Shown here: piece after piece, positions 1 to 11,800 of the stretch
Layout: each line of letters opens with the position of its first letter
Position numbering within the stretch: position 1 is the first letter of the stretch
The notes under the pieces: generated by a model
What the model saw: only the letters and a program-made list of their open reading frames with translations
Told to the model about the DNA's origin: nothing
Databases searched by the model: none
NCBI GenBank assembly: GCA_002269645.1
Contig: NIVC01000132.1
Location: 124,001 to 188,000 of the forward strand
Source of the DNA: Macrostomum lignano
Taxonomy: Eukaryota
DNA length: 64,000 bases
Direction: 5' to 3'
Program-made: the position numbers and the translations under genes

Positions 1-727
1 CAAGATCTAATAGTAAGATACATGAAAGGTCACAACTAAAATCAGGACCATTTCGTACCTATACTTACAACGAAATTGCTTTCATAGTAATATTACATCT
101 ATGAGTTTATTTAAGCTGCAAAAATAGAGTACAATAAAATTAGATTATACCCTGTAGTGTAGATATCAGTAGAGATAGAACTAGAGCGATAAAGAGATAG
201 CACAGATAAAACAATGATACAATGAAACAGGAGAGTTAATCACAAATATATATTTATTTTTACTTTTGATTACAGTTAACAGTAAGTCAGTAGTGGTATA
301 ACAGAATTGCTTTGTAGAAACTAAAGTGACGTCTTTACATAAAATTGTATGCTGATATGAGTAGGTAATCATTGTGATAATTGATTATTGGCGACTGATG
401 CGTGGAGAATAATAGTGTATTTATAAATTTTAAGCTTCCTCATCCAATCCAGAAGTTCAGACCATGTTACACGTAGCACATGTAAAATTATTACTGAACG
501 TAATTTTTTAAATCATCAACTGCAAGACTGAATGGGTCGAAAAACGACAATCGTTATTTACCAGAAAGTGTAAATGAATCCATGGTTCTATCTGCTATTT
601 CTGTTTCAAATTGTATGTAAAATATAACTTAAGTTGTACCTGAAACTCAATGCATATCTTTCGCAATGTGGATTTTGCATAAGGAGTAAAAAGTGCTTGA
701 AAATACTCTTGAGAATGATAATTGTTC

Positions 728-869
728 AAAACCCCGAAAACCCCGAAAACCCGGTGGCCAAACCCGACCCGAACCCCGAACCCGACCCGGAACACCTACC
801 CCGAACCCCGAACCCGGTACCAAAACCCGACCCGAAACCCGACCCGACCCCGAACCCCGAACACCCCTA
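728..869 (-). mobile_element. Probable single end of a hAT-like DNA transposon: CCCGAA/CCCGAC subterminal repeat cluster ending in a TAGGGGTGTT terminus
   Basis: Dense imperfect (A)CCCGAA/CCCGAC repeats at 728-860 end abruptly at AACACCCCTA (minus strand TAGGGGTGTTCGG). This resembles the TAGGG/CAGGG termini of hAT elements. No partner TIR was seen in the window. Confidence 0.4.
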
Positions 870-1779
870 GTCCATCCGCATTCTTCCGGGATATTCACCT
901 TTTCTGAACCCTTCGGAATTCACCAACAGTTGCCTCAAGGCCAAGATCAAAAGCAGACTGGCGCAGCCTGACATCGTTGAGGAAGAGGCAGTTGCCCCAG
1001 AAGGCGTGAACCAGGAAGAGTGGCGTTACATGCTGCTGGAGAGAGTGGCGCGTGAGTCATTGCCTGAAGCCGTGACTCCGGACAAGGCAGCTGCGTGGGA
1101 ATTGCGCTGCTTCGTCAGCTTGGACGCTGCCTTGCTGGGCAGGAGTTCTGAACCTATGCTGCTGGACTGCTGTGTTTCCATCATTTTTCTGACTGTGCTG
1201 CCATTTCTGTTGTCAATTTCTCGTTTCTATTGTTAAAATTTCATTCAAATAAACGCGCACACTGCTCCCGTTGCCATTTTGATTGTCCAATTCTCATTTC
1301 GATCGTCAAAAAGTCTATGGCCTAAGCCGCAGCTGCTGCGAAGCTGAGCTGAGCTGCTGCATGCAGATCTACGGCTGTTTTCATTTTGATTGTCCATTTT
1401 CTCATATTGATTGGCAAAACCAATACTGAAAGCATCCAATGGAATCACTCATCCATAGTAAAAGCTGCATGAGCTTTAGCATTCGATATTTAGCTATAGA
1501 TATGATTTTCATCTTTAGTATTAAGATTGCAATCTGTAGAGCGTTATGGACAAGCATACAAACCTTAGAGATTTAGTATATTTAGATTCTCTGGTTTGAA
1601 ACTTTCAGTTCACAAGCGTCTGAATTACTCGTAATTGCCCGCTGTTCAAAATGGACTGCAAGATGCTATACGCATCAGATTAAACATGCCTTTAGAGGGA
1701 TTTATGAAAATAACTCCCTCAAAATGCATGTGTAATCTCGTATAAACCATAGACATAAAGACTTTACAGGATATTATTG

Positions 1780-3520
1780 AATTAAGTTGAGAAAACTCAA
1801 AATCAACATTTTAGTTTCTTAGACTTTTGCCAATGCATTTCGACAACAATCGGTCATCTTCAGCAGGGCAGACGCGTCAATTAATCACGCAGAACCATGT
1901 TATATATATTTATTAAGGAAATGAAAACTGTACAATACCAAGTGCAAATCAATTTCGGTCCAATCCGGTTAACAAGAGAAAAAAACCTGAATAAAGTTCA
2001 ACGAGACTGCCAACCTAGCTAAAACACATTGAGCTGGCGGCTTGCACCCCCATGGCTAACTGGCTGCAGGTTTCTGAGCCTTAATGTACATAGCCTCGAG
2101 AATGTTCAATTTGTTTTCTTTGCTACAAGAATCGATTACTTTAAACATATCACAACAGTCAACAGTTCTTATTGCAGCAGGAGTTACACGTGAGAATGTG
2201 CTCATTGATGGCAGAATTTCTAATCCAATGTTCCTTAACCCTTGTGTACAAGTGTCGCTTGGTTTTTCCAATGTAGGAGATGTTCTGAGCCACAGAACAA
2301 TGAAACTTATAGACGACACCTGCAACAAGTGGTCCAGGAACACGGGACTTCAACCTGCAGACAAACAGCAATCTTTTCCGTACGGAACAAAACCCGGAGC
2401 TGGGAATCAAATGTGACTTCTAAATAATTTTTCCACTTTCTTCCCAAACTCCATGGAGCAGAGGCCTAAATAAGGAACCACAATGACGGGACTACGATCA
2501 TTATTGAGATCATTCTTCTGAGTATGATTTTGACCAACTTCTTGCAGAGAAACCTATTAATGATGCCGGAAATATGGCCACGAGGGTTCTATTCATCATG
2601 AACAGCCGAGTAAGCTGCTCCAGCTCATCATGAAAAAGCTTCCAGGAACTGCAAATCAAAAAAGCTCTTTGGACCATTGCCTAGGGCAGAGGGCATCGAA
2701 CCTAAGCATGAGACCAGTGAAGCTAGCTTTTCTAAACACATTAGTTTGAATCAAACCTTTACTCGTATCAACGTCAATGTCCAGAAAGGGAAGTCTTTTA
2801 CCACCACCCTCAGAAGTAAACTTGATGTTCTTATGGGTAGCATTGATGGTATTAAAGAACTCCTCCTTTTCTTCCTCATTGTCGAAAATGGCAAAAGTAT
2901 CATCCACATAACGTTTGTAAAAACGAGGAGCACACGGGAGGGCCATCCACTCTTTTTCCCAGAAAGCCATGCAGAGATTGGCAAGAGTAGGAGCCTGAGG
3001 ACTGCGCATAGCGCAGCCATCAATCCGCCTGTAGTATTTGTCCTGGAACAGGAAATACCAGAGGTGGCGAACCCAAGCATCTTCTTGAAAGTGGTTTTTG
3101 GAAAGGATGGGTGATTAGAGCTTTTATAGACAAGGTCAATGGCAAACTGCAGAGGGATGTTAGTAAACAGCCAAACAACATTAAAGCTGAACAGTTTATC
3201 AGTGGGATGAACATTAACACAGTTCAAGCTTTCAACGAATTCACGATTAGAAGAGACCCAGTAATCTTGAGGGATAACAGGTTTGATAAGAGTATCAAGA
3301 TACTTGGCAAGCTCATACTCAGAGGTGTTAATCATGGACACAATGGGTCTCAGAGGGGCGAGGGCAGCCACTTTTGTGAACTTTGCACAGCCCATACAGC
3401 TGGCCAGGTTGGCTCCCACAAGGAGTAATCCGTTGAAAAGTATCAGGGAAAATGTGCGGCGTCACATATAGGTTCTAAGAAAAGTTTGTAAAGATCTCTC
3501 ATTTTTAGGCACGGGGTGCA
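1780..3520 (-). mobile_element. Decayed, 5'-truncated Penelope-like retroelement (RT + GIY-YIG endonuclease)
   Basis: Minus-strand fragments in order: QPGQLYGLCKVHKS..PLRPIVS, FNVVWLFTNIP, MRSPQAPTLANLCM, YKRYVDDTF, LPFLDI (PLE-type RT). These are followed by VVYKFHC..SYIGKTKRHLYTRVKEH..SAINEH..LNILEAMYIKAQKP (GIY-YIG). Several frameshifts and stops are present. Confidence 0.92.
1828..1870 (-). ncRNA. Minimal type-I hammerhead ribozyme-like motif in the 3' terminal region of the Penelope-like element
   Basis: Minus strand reads TGCC-ctg-CTGAAGA-T-GAC-cgattgtt-GTC-GAA-ATGCAT-T-GGCA. This gives a CUGANGA core, stem II GAC/GTC, GAAA, palindromic stem III ATGCAT and stem I TGCC/GGCA. Confidence 0.6.
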
Positions 3521-4599
3521 CGGGGGTAACATTATTGAATGTTACCAAATAAAATCCCGGAAAATGCAAATATTGTCACGGAAAATCTTTATATCTATGG
3601 ATTATCGCGGTATTTTACCTCACATGTACATGGGCCACTCAAGGCGCGAAAACCCCGGGTTCAGCTACCATAGACTGTAGCTTCTGCTGCTCTCAAGCAT
3701 TAGCAGCAACAGCTATAGTGACTGTGGCCCTAACCGCAGTTTTTTTCGCGCTGCAGCCAGTCGGTCGCTAAATACATTGTAAGTAATATTTTTATAGAAT
3801 CTGTGCTTGTGTGTGTCTTGCCTGATTTCCTGTCCTATAACGCGGAGACCTTGACGCTGACGGACTCGCTCGAACAGCAGGTTGGTGTGGCACACGCTGG
3901 CCTGCTGCGCGCCGCCTTCAAGATCGGCTTCGAGCCGAGTACTCTATGGCCGCACCTGTCTGTCCCGTCCCAGCGAACTGTTGCGACTCCAGCTGACAGG
4001 TCATATCATCCGTGCCGAGTCCTACTGCCCGTGTAGGAGGTGCTGTTGCTGACGTTGTAGGCGTGCAGGACAGGCGCGCACCCGACTGCCTGCTGGCTGA
4101 TGCTGGCGCTCCGGACACTGCCGGCGGTGCGGCCTCCGTTCGCGACCTGTGACGTCTTTGCCTCTATTGACTCGCTTGACTGGCTGACAACGTATTTTGT
4201 TGCATTTTTGTAGTGAGTTGCAAGCATACTGGGGGGATTTCATAACGCCTTCACGAGACCGAAATTTCACATCGTAGAAAACTCAATATAACAAAGACCA
4301 TGTAGATTTTTCGGCGTAATGCAATTTCGGCGTTGAAAACGACCTGTGTACTTGTATGCGCTAGTCGCTAGAGCGCAGGTTGCTACATGTATATTGTACA
4401 GCACGTATGTGCTTTTCACTCACTCTCTGTCTCTATCTTTTATACCAGGTATGTAACAATCGCATCACATTTAACTTGCGTATCGATCTAATAAACGTCA
4501 AGAGGCTTTTCGTCAACTCACAGTTGAAAAAGTAAAAAGCGAAGAATAATGAAACCTATATTTTCATAAGCACCAGAAAGGAGGAAAGGGTTTTGCATA

Positions 4600-5110
4600 C
4601 TTTCAGACTTTAGAAATTTAACAAAATCGTTTCCCGAAATTGTCTAACAAAATCTGTTGTGATCTCTGTCCTCTACTATTCTGTGCAGCACAAGTCCCTA
4701 CCACTCGCATAGCGTGATGTCCAGAGGTAGATTGTCGATTTCCAGTTCCACTGCTTGATGGCTGCCTTCAGACAAGAGCTTCCGGGTTTTTTGCTTCCGG
4801 GACATTGGCATTGTGTCCTAGGTACTTTAACGTATATGTACTGTATAAGCTGTTTTAACTTCCAGAGTACGACTCAGTTGCTTTGCTCGCGTCCATTCCA
4901 TCAAACTGATCCCGTAAAATGCGCTCATTCAAAGTCAAGAGAGGATTCTGGTTCAGTGCTGTCAACAGCGCCTGCACATGTTCCAAATGCCACCTTCGAT
5001 GATTGATCACGGCCACGTTGCAGCCAGTAATTTCATACCGTCATCGAATACTCGCAACAGTCTTTGCCTTGACATTCGGCCAACGCGAAAAATGCTTCCG
5101 TTGTTATTGC
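4600..5110 (-). pseudogene. Possible degenerate IS630/Tc1-like transposase fragment
   Basis: Manual minus-strand translation with stops: VASIR*RYEITG..EHVQALLTALNQNPLLTLNE..SKATES..LYSTYTLKYL..N.PEAKTR..GLVLHRIVE..FVKFL. This resembles the HTH and partial DDE region of IS630/Tc1 transposases. No TIRs were found. Confidence 0.33.
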
Positions 5111-5274
5111 TGGACGATTTGACACGGCTCTTACCATAGACAACTGGCATAGACGACGCGAATGCATGCGCGTTTTCATATTGGATTCTTTTGCTTGTTT
5201 GTAAGCTCTACTTACTAGCTGGCAAATTGCTAGACTAGGAAATTCGCTGATGGAACTTAGCACATCCCAGCCCA

Positions 5275-5810
5275 CCTCATCCCAATTCCCACTCAGCACA
5301 TCACATCCCAATCTATCCTATCCCATCCCATTCTATCCTATCCCATCCCATTCTATCCTATCCCATCCCATTCTATCCTATCCCATCCCATTCTATCCTA
5401 TCCCATCCCATTCTATCTGACCCCATCCCATTCTATCTTATCCCACCCCATTCTATCCTTTACCATCCCATTCTATCCTATCCCATTTTATCCCATCCCA
5501 TCCTATTCTTTCCTATCCCATCCCATCCCATTCTATTCTATTCTATCCCATCCTATCCCATTATATCCCATCCCATTCTATCCCATCCCATTCTATCCCA
5601 TACCATTCTATCCCATCCTATTCTATCCTATCCCATCCCATTCTGTTCTATCCCATCCAATTCTTTCCTATCCATCCCATTCTATCCTATCCCATTCTAT
5701 CCCATCCCATCCCATTCTATTCCATCCCATCCTATTCTTTCATATTCCATCCCATCCTATTCTTTCATATCCCATCCCATTCTATCTCACCCCACCCACC
5801 CCATCTAATC
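5275..5810. repeat. Pentanucleotide satellite (ATCCC/ATTCT/ATCCT)n
   Basis: Directly visible runs of tcccatcccattctatccta. Confidence 0.95.
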
Positions 5811-6904
5811 CCAGCATGCGATATCTGGCCTCAGGTCTCAGTGTGGCTGTTTCAAAGTCACTATCGACGTGTAAATAAAAACTCTGCACAAACCCATAGT
5901 GCAACAGATGTATGCCGTAATTTGGGTAAATAGTGTTCATTATTATAAATCACCAGTGAACATCTTTTTTGGCCTCGTTAAAATTTATTAATGCTCATAC
6001 ATAGGTGCAGGCACAAGTTTATAAAATCATTTTATATAAGATTCACTCCAGCTGCAGCAGCACAAGTGCGGCCAGCGTGTCCTGTGCAGTTGAGAATTTT
6101 ACAGATATTACTACTAATTACTACTAACATCATAAAGGCACGTATAGTAGCAAAACTTTCACTTTTTGTGGCCAAAAATTTTAATAATTACAAAAGCAAC
6201 ATTTATAAGTGGATGATTCCTTTCTGAACAGTAGGTTAACATAAGGGTAGACATGATCGAGAACAAAGGCACTACACAGCTAAAAAGCACTCGATGATGT
6301 ATTGAATTAACGTAAACTTGAAGGTAGTCACGTCCGAATCTAGGAAAGAGTTGACAGGCAGTGGGCCGATCCGGGAAACTACACGAGAGCCAGACGCGTT
6401 TACCGGTTGAACTGCCCTGCCACTCTGCTTCAAATTTGGTCTTCAGATTAAAGTTTTAGTTTTCCTAATTTTTTAATTGTCCTCTTGCTAAACCAGTAGT
6501 AACTGGTTAAACACAACCTAGTGAGCCACTTTAATCAATGCAGAAGAAGAAATTAACATCAAACACAGCGAATAAATCTAGCTTTAAATCGTCATTTAAA
6601 CAGACAGTAGCACAATTAGTGGAAGCAATTAAATGCTGAACATTACAGCGCATCGCTATCAGCAATGTTTCCCTAGTTAGTTAATGGACTGAAAAACAGA
6701 ACCTAAGGATAAAAAACAACTGGAGTAAAGATACAGAGATGGTGACGGACAATATATCAGAGCTTGATTGATTTATGAATCAGCTGCATTTTGATTAGCT
6801 GTGGTAACATTTTGTATGGGCAATAAAAATGCTGCCAAAATGCCTTATAAAAATAACCCAACAACCCAATCTGAGAAAAAGACGTTTCTAAGCATGGATG
6901 GCCC

Positions 6905-8277
6905 TGACAGATCTGCTCTAACCGTCTGACAGCTTTGGTCTGACTGTCTGACAGATCTGCTCTAACCGTCTGACAGCTTTGGTCTGACTGTCTGACAGTT
7001 CTGTTCTAACCTTCTGACAGCTTTGGTCTGACTGTCTGACAGATCTGTTCTAACCGTCTGACAGCTTTGGTCTGACTGTCTGACAGATCTGTTCTAACCG
7101 TCTGACAGCTTTGGTCTGACTGTCTGACAGATCTGTTCTAACCGTCTGACAGCTTTGGTCTGACTGTCTGACAGTTCTGTTCTAACCGTCTGACAGCTTT
7201 GGTCTGACTGTCTGACGGATCTGTTCTAACCGTCTGACAGCTTTGGTCTGACTGTCTGACAGATCTGTTCTAACCGTCTGACAGCTTTGGTCTGACTGTC
7301 TGACAGTTCTGTTCTAACCTTCTGACAGCTTTGGTCTGACTGTCTGACAGATCTGTTCTAACCGTCTGACAGCTTTGGTCTGACTGTCTGACAGTTCTGT
7401 TCTAACCGTCTGACAGCTTTGGTCTGACTGTCTGACAGATCTGTTCTAACCGTCTGACAGCTTTGGTCTGACTGTCTGACAGATCTGTTCTAACCGTCTG
7501 ACAGCTTTGGTCTGACTGTCTGACAGATCTGTTCTAACCGTCTGACAGCTTTGGTCTGACTGTCTGACAGATCTGTTCTAACCGTCTGACAGCTTTGGTC
7601 TGACTGTCTGACAGTTCTGTTCTAACCGTCTGACAGCTTTGGTCTGACTGTCTGACGGATCTGTTCTAACCGTCTGACAGCTTTGGTCTGACTGTCTGAC
7701 AGATCTGTTCTAACCGTCTGACAGCTTTGGTCTGACTGTCTGACAGTTCTGTTCTAACCGTCTGACAGCTTTGGTCTGACTGTCTGACAGATCTGTTCTA
7801 ACCGTCTGACAGCTTTGGTCTGACTGTCTGACAGATCTGTTCTAACCTTCTGACAGCTTTGGTCTGACTGTCTGACAGTTTTGTTCTAACCTTCTGACAG
7901 CTTCGGTCTGACTATCTGACAGTTCTGTTCTAACTTTCTGACAGCTTTGGTCTGACTATCTGACAGCTTTGGTCTGACTATCTGACAGTTCTGCTCTAAC
8001 CGTCTGACAGCTTTGGTCGGACTGTCTGACAGCTCTGCTCTAACCTTCTGACAGCTTTGGTCGGACTGTCTGATAGATCTGTTCTAACCGTCTGACAGCT
8101 TTGGTCTGACTGTCTGACAGCTCTGCTCTAACCTTCTGACAGCTTTGGTCTGACTGTCTGACAGTTCTGCTCTAACCTTCTGACAGCTTTGGTCTGACTA
8201 TCTGACAGTTCTGCTCTAACCTTCTGACAGCTTTGGTCTGACTGTCTGAAAGTTCTGCTCTAACCTTCTGACAGCTT
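6905..8277. repeat. 44-bp minisatellite, about 31 copies
   Basis: Unit TCTGACAGCTTTGGTCTGACTGTCTGACAGATCTGTTCTAACCG. Confidence 0.97.
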
Positions 8278-8300
8278 TAAACCACAAACATCCAACCCGG

Positions 8301-8801
8301 CTACCCCTTGCCAGCTTGCCGCTGCCATTTCCACTGCTGCCGGAGGCTGCCAGGCCGGCAGGCGGTCACCAGTAAGCCGGCATTGTCGGCGGCCGCCTCA
8401 AGGCACATACGGCGCAGCACGTGATAGATGGTGCCATCCGGCCTGTACAGCCACTCCTGGTTGCCGCGGCCGCCGTGGCAATTGTACACGATGACGCCGC
8501 TGCCCGGATAGTCGATGCAGCCTTCGTCGCGTCGAATTTCGCCCAGCTTAGACAGCATCCAGAACTGGTTGCCGCCCTGGCCGTGGCATTGCCACAGTTT
8601 CACGGCAGTCTGCCCAGTCTCTCTGTGACTAACTGGCGCGTCGATGCAGTAGGGCCCGGCCGCGCTTCGGATGGCGCCTTTGGCGAGCGCGTGGCGCGGC
8701 AGGAACAGTTCGGGATAGACGGTGTCCAGGTACCATTGGAAACTGCGACAGCCCAGCCGTTGGCGGAGGGCTTTGCGCTCGGAGACGTCGCCGAATTCAC
8801 C
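8301..8801 (-). CDS. GALNT: GALNT exon 5 (ricin domain, stop)
   Basis: CCCAG|GGT GAA TTC GGC GAC; encodes [34 protein letters not shown] at 8303-8301. Confidence 0.93.
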   Translation of the reverse strand, partial: GEFGDVSERKALRQRLGCRSFQWYLDTVYPELFLPRHALAKGAIRSAAGPYCIDAPVSHRETGQTAVKLWQCHGQGGNQFWMLSKLGEIRRDEGCIDYPGSGVIVYNCHGGRGNQEWLYRPDGTIYHVLRRMCLEAAADNAGLLVTACRPGSLRQQWKWQRQAGKG

Positions 8802-11800
8802 CTGGGAGGTGTAGTTTGGCAGGGGTTACTACTGACAGTAGGCTAAAGAGAAAATGCTGTGGCTTCTTCAAAATCCATTAAAAAATATAACCTTTAAGAT
8901 TTATAAAACATTCTAGCCTCTTAAATTTTATCTATAGTGACCTCTAAAATTCTCCTCAATTCATCATTTTCATTCCCATCATTCTCCATTACTCTCCCCA
9001 TTAGTCCCATGCCATTGTCCTCTCCATCGTCTCCTCTAGCTACCATTTCACCATTTCAATCTCCTTTTGGTCCGACTTTGCATCGCTTCGTCTACCCCTT
9101 CACCCTCCTCTACCCCTTCACCCTACTTCTCTACCCCTTCACCTTACTTCTCTACCCCTTCAACCTACTTCTCTACCCCTTTACCCTACTTCTCTACCCC
9201 TTCACCCTCCTCCTCTACCCTTCACCCTACTTCTCTACCCCTTCACCTTACTTCTCTACCCCTTCAACCTACTTCTCTACCCCTTTACCCTACTTCTCTA
9301 CCCCTTCACCCTCCTCCTCTACCCTTCACCCTCCTCCTCTACCCTTCACTCTCTCCCCTATCCCTTCACCCTACTCAACCGCACCACCCGCCCCTCTTCC
9401 ACCTCTCACCTTGCCCCCAACCCGCTCATAGTACAGCTTGCCGTAGTCGTCCATCCACACTTCGGCCAGTCGCACGGAGTTCTTCTTGAGCACGTTGCCC
9501 CGGCCCCAGGAATAGGGCGATCGTTTCCTAAACACGTGGCCAACAATGGAGCAGGGCACAATCTCTAGCGTGCCGCCGCACATCCAAATTTTAAAGCTAA
9601 TCTCCAGATTCTCGCCGCCCCAGATATCGAAGCCGGGGTCGTAGCTGCCCAGGTGGGCAAAATAGCGCCTGTCTATGGCAAACAGGCCGCCAGCCATGGT
9701 GGGGCTGGGCACCGGGTCGATGCGGCTGGCCCGCTGGTTGCGGACCCGGTCGGGCAGGACGTGCCAATTGAATTGCAGATTCCAATCGAAACCGCCCACG
9801 CTGACCGAGTCCAGGTTGGTGGTTGAGGACATTGCGAAGGTGTCGTCATTTATCACCTGGATGTTGGCGGATTAAAAATTTTTAGTCGAAAATCTGTTTA
9901 TCAACAGGACATTCAAGCTTTTAAGCTTTAGGATTGCGAGATTCAAAGCTTCAGGATCAGGGAATTCAAAGATTCAGGATCAGGGAATTCAAGGCTTCAG
10001 GATCAGGGAATTCAAAGATTCAGGATCAGGGAATTCAAAGCTTCAGGATCAGGGAATTCAAAGATTCAGGATCGGGGAATTCAAAGCTTCAGGATCTAAG
10101 AACTTAAAGCTTCAGGATCTGGCAATTCAAAGCTTCAGGATCTGAGAACTTAAAGCTTCAGGATCTGGCAATTCAAAGCTTCAGGATCTGAGAACTTAAA
10201 GCTTCAGGATCAGGCAATTCAAAGCTTCAGGATCTGAGAACTTAAAGCTTCAGGATCAGGGAATTCAAAGCTTCAGGATCAGGGAATTCAAAGCTTCAGG
10301 ATCTGAGAACTTAAAGCTTCAGGATCAGGGAATTCAAAGCTTCAGGATCTGGCAATTCAAAGCTTCAGGATCTGAGAACTTAAAGCTTCAGGATCGGGGA
10401 ATTCAAAGCTTCAGGATCAGGGAATTCAAAGCTTCAAGATCTGGGAATTCAAAGCTTCAGGATCAGGGAATTCAAAGCTTCAGGATCGGGGAATTCAAAG
10501 CTTCAGGATCAGGGAATTCAAAGCTTCAGGATCAGGGAATTTAAAGCTTCAGGATCAGGGAATTCAAAGCTTCAGGATCGGGGAATTCAAAGCTTCAGGA
10601 TCGGGGAATTCAAAGCTTCAGGATCGGGGAATTCAAAGCTTCAGGATCTGAGAACTTAAAGCTTCAGGATCAGGCAATTCAAAGCTTCAGGATCTGAGAA
10701 CTTAAAGCTTCAGGATCAGGGAATTCAAAGCTTCAGGATCTGAGAACTTAAAGCTTCAGGATCAGGGAATTCAAAGCTTCAGGATCGGGGAATTCAAAGC
10801 TTCAGGATCAGGGAATTCAAAGCTTCAGGATCAGGGAATTCAAAGCTTCAGGATCGGGGAATTCAAAGCTTCAGGATCGGGGAATTCAAAGCTTCAGGAT
10901 CAGGGAATTCAAAGCTTCAAGATCTGGGAATTCAAAGCTTCAGGATCTGGGAATTCAAAGCTTCAGGATCTGGGAATTCAAAGCTTCAGGATCTGGGAAT
11001 TCAAAGCTTCAAGATCTGGGAATTCAAAGCTTCAGGATCTGGGAATTCAAAGCTTCAGGATCTGGGAATTCAAAGCTTCAGGATCTGGGAATTCAAAGCT
11101 TCAGGATCTGGGAATTCAAAGCTTCAGGATCTGGGAATTTAAAGCCTCAGCATCTGGGAATTCAAAGCTTCAGGATCGGGGAATTCAAAGCTTCAGGATC
11201 AGGGAATTCAAAGCTTCAGGATCAGGGAATTCAAAACTTCAGGATCAGGGAATTCAAAGCTTCAGGATCGGGGAATTCAAAGCTTCAGGATCGGGGAATT
11301 CAAAGCTTCAGGATCGGGGAATTCAAAGCTTCAGGATCTGGGAATTCAAAGCTTCAAGATCTGGGAATTCAAAGCTTCAGGATCGGGGAATTCAAAGCTC
11401 AGGATCGGGGAATTCAAAGCTTCAGGATCAGGGAATTCAAAGCTTCAGGATCAGGGAATTCAAAGCTTCAGGATCGGGGAATTCAAAGCTTCAGGATCGG
11501 GGAATTCAAAGCTTCAGGATCAGGGAATTCAAAGCTTCAGGATCGGGGAATTCAAAGCTTCAGGATCAGGGAATTCAAAGCTTCAGGATCGGGGAATTTA
11601 AAGCTTCAGGATCGGGGAATTCAAAGCTTCAGGATCGGGGAAGTCAAAGCTTCAGGATCAGGGAATTCAAAGCTTCAGGATCGGGGAATTCAAAGCTTCA
11701 GGATCAGGGAATTCAAAACTTCAGGATCGGGGAATTCAAAGCTTCAGGATCGGGGAATTCAAAGCTTCAGGATCAGGGAATTCAAAGCTTCAGGATCAGG

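Noticed and set aside
880-1450. GC-richer stretch with short ORFs and a possible minus-strand donor
   Set aside because: No recognisable protein in any frame and no consistent exon structure.
3713-4270. GC-rich minus-strand ORF pieces with ACPARL and H-x-H words (possible zinc-finger or TE remnant)
   Set aside because: The frame is interrupted by several stops, and I cannot assign a family by eye.
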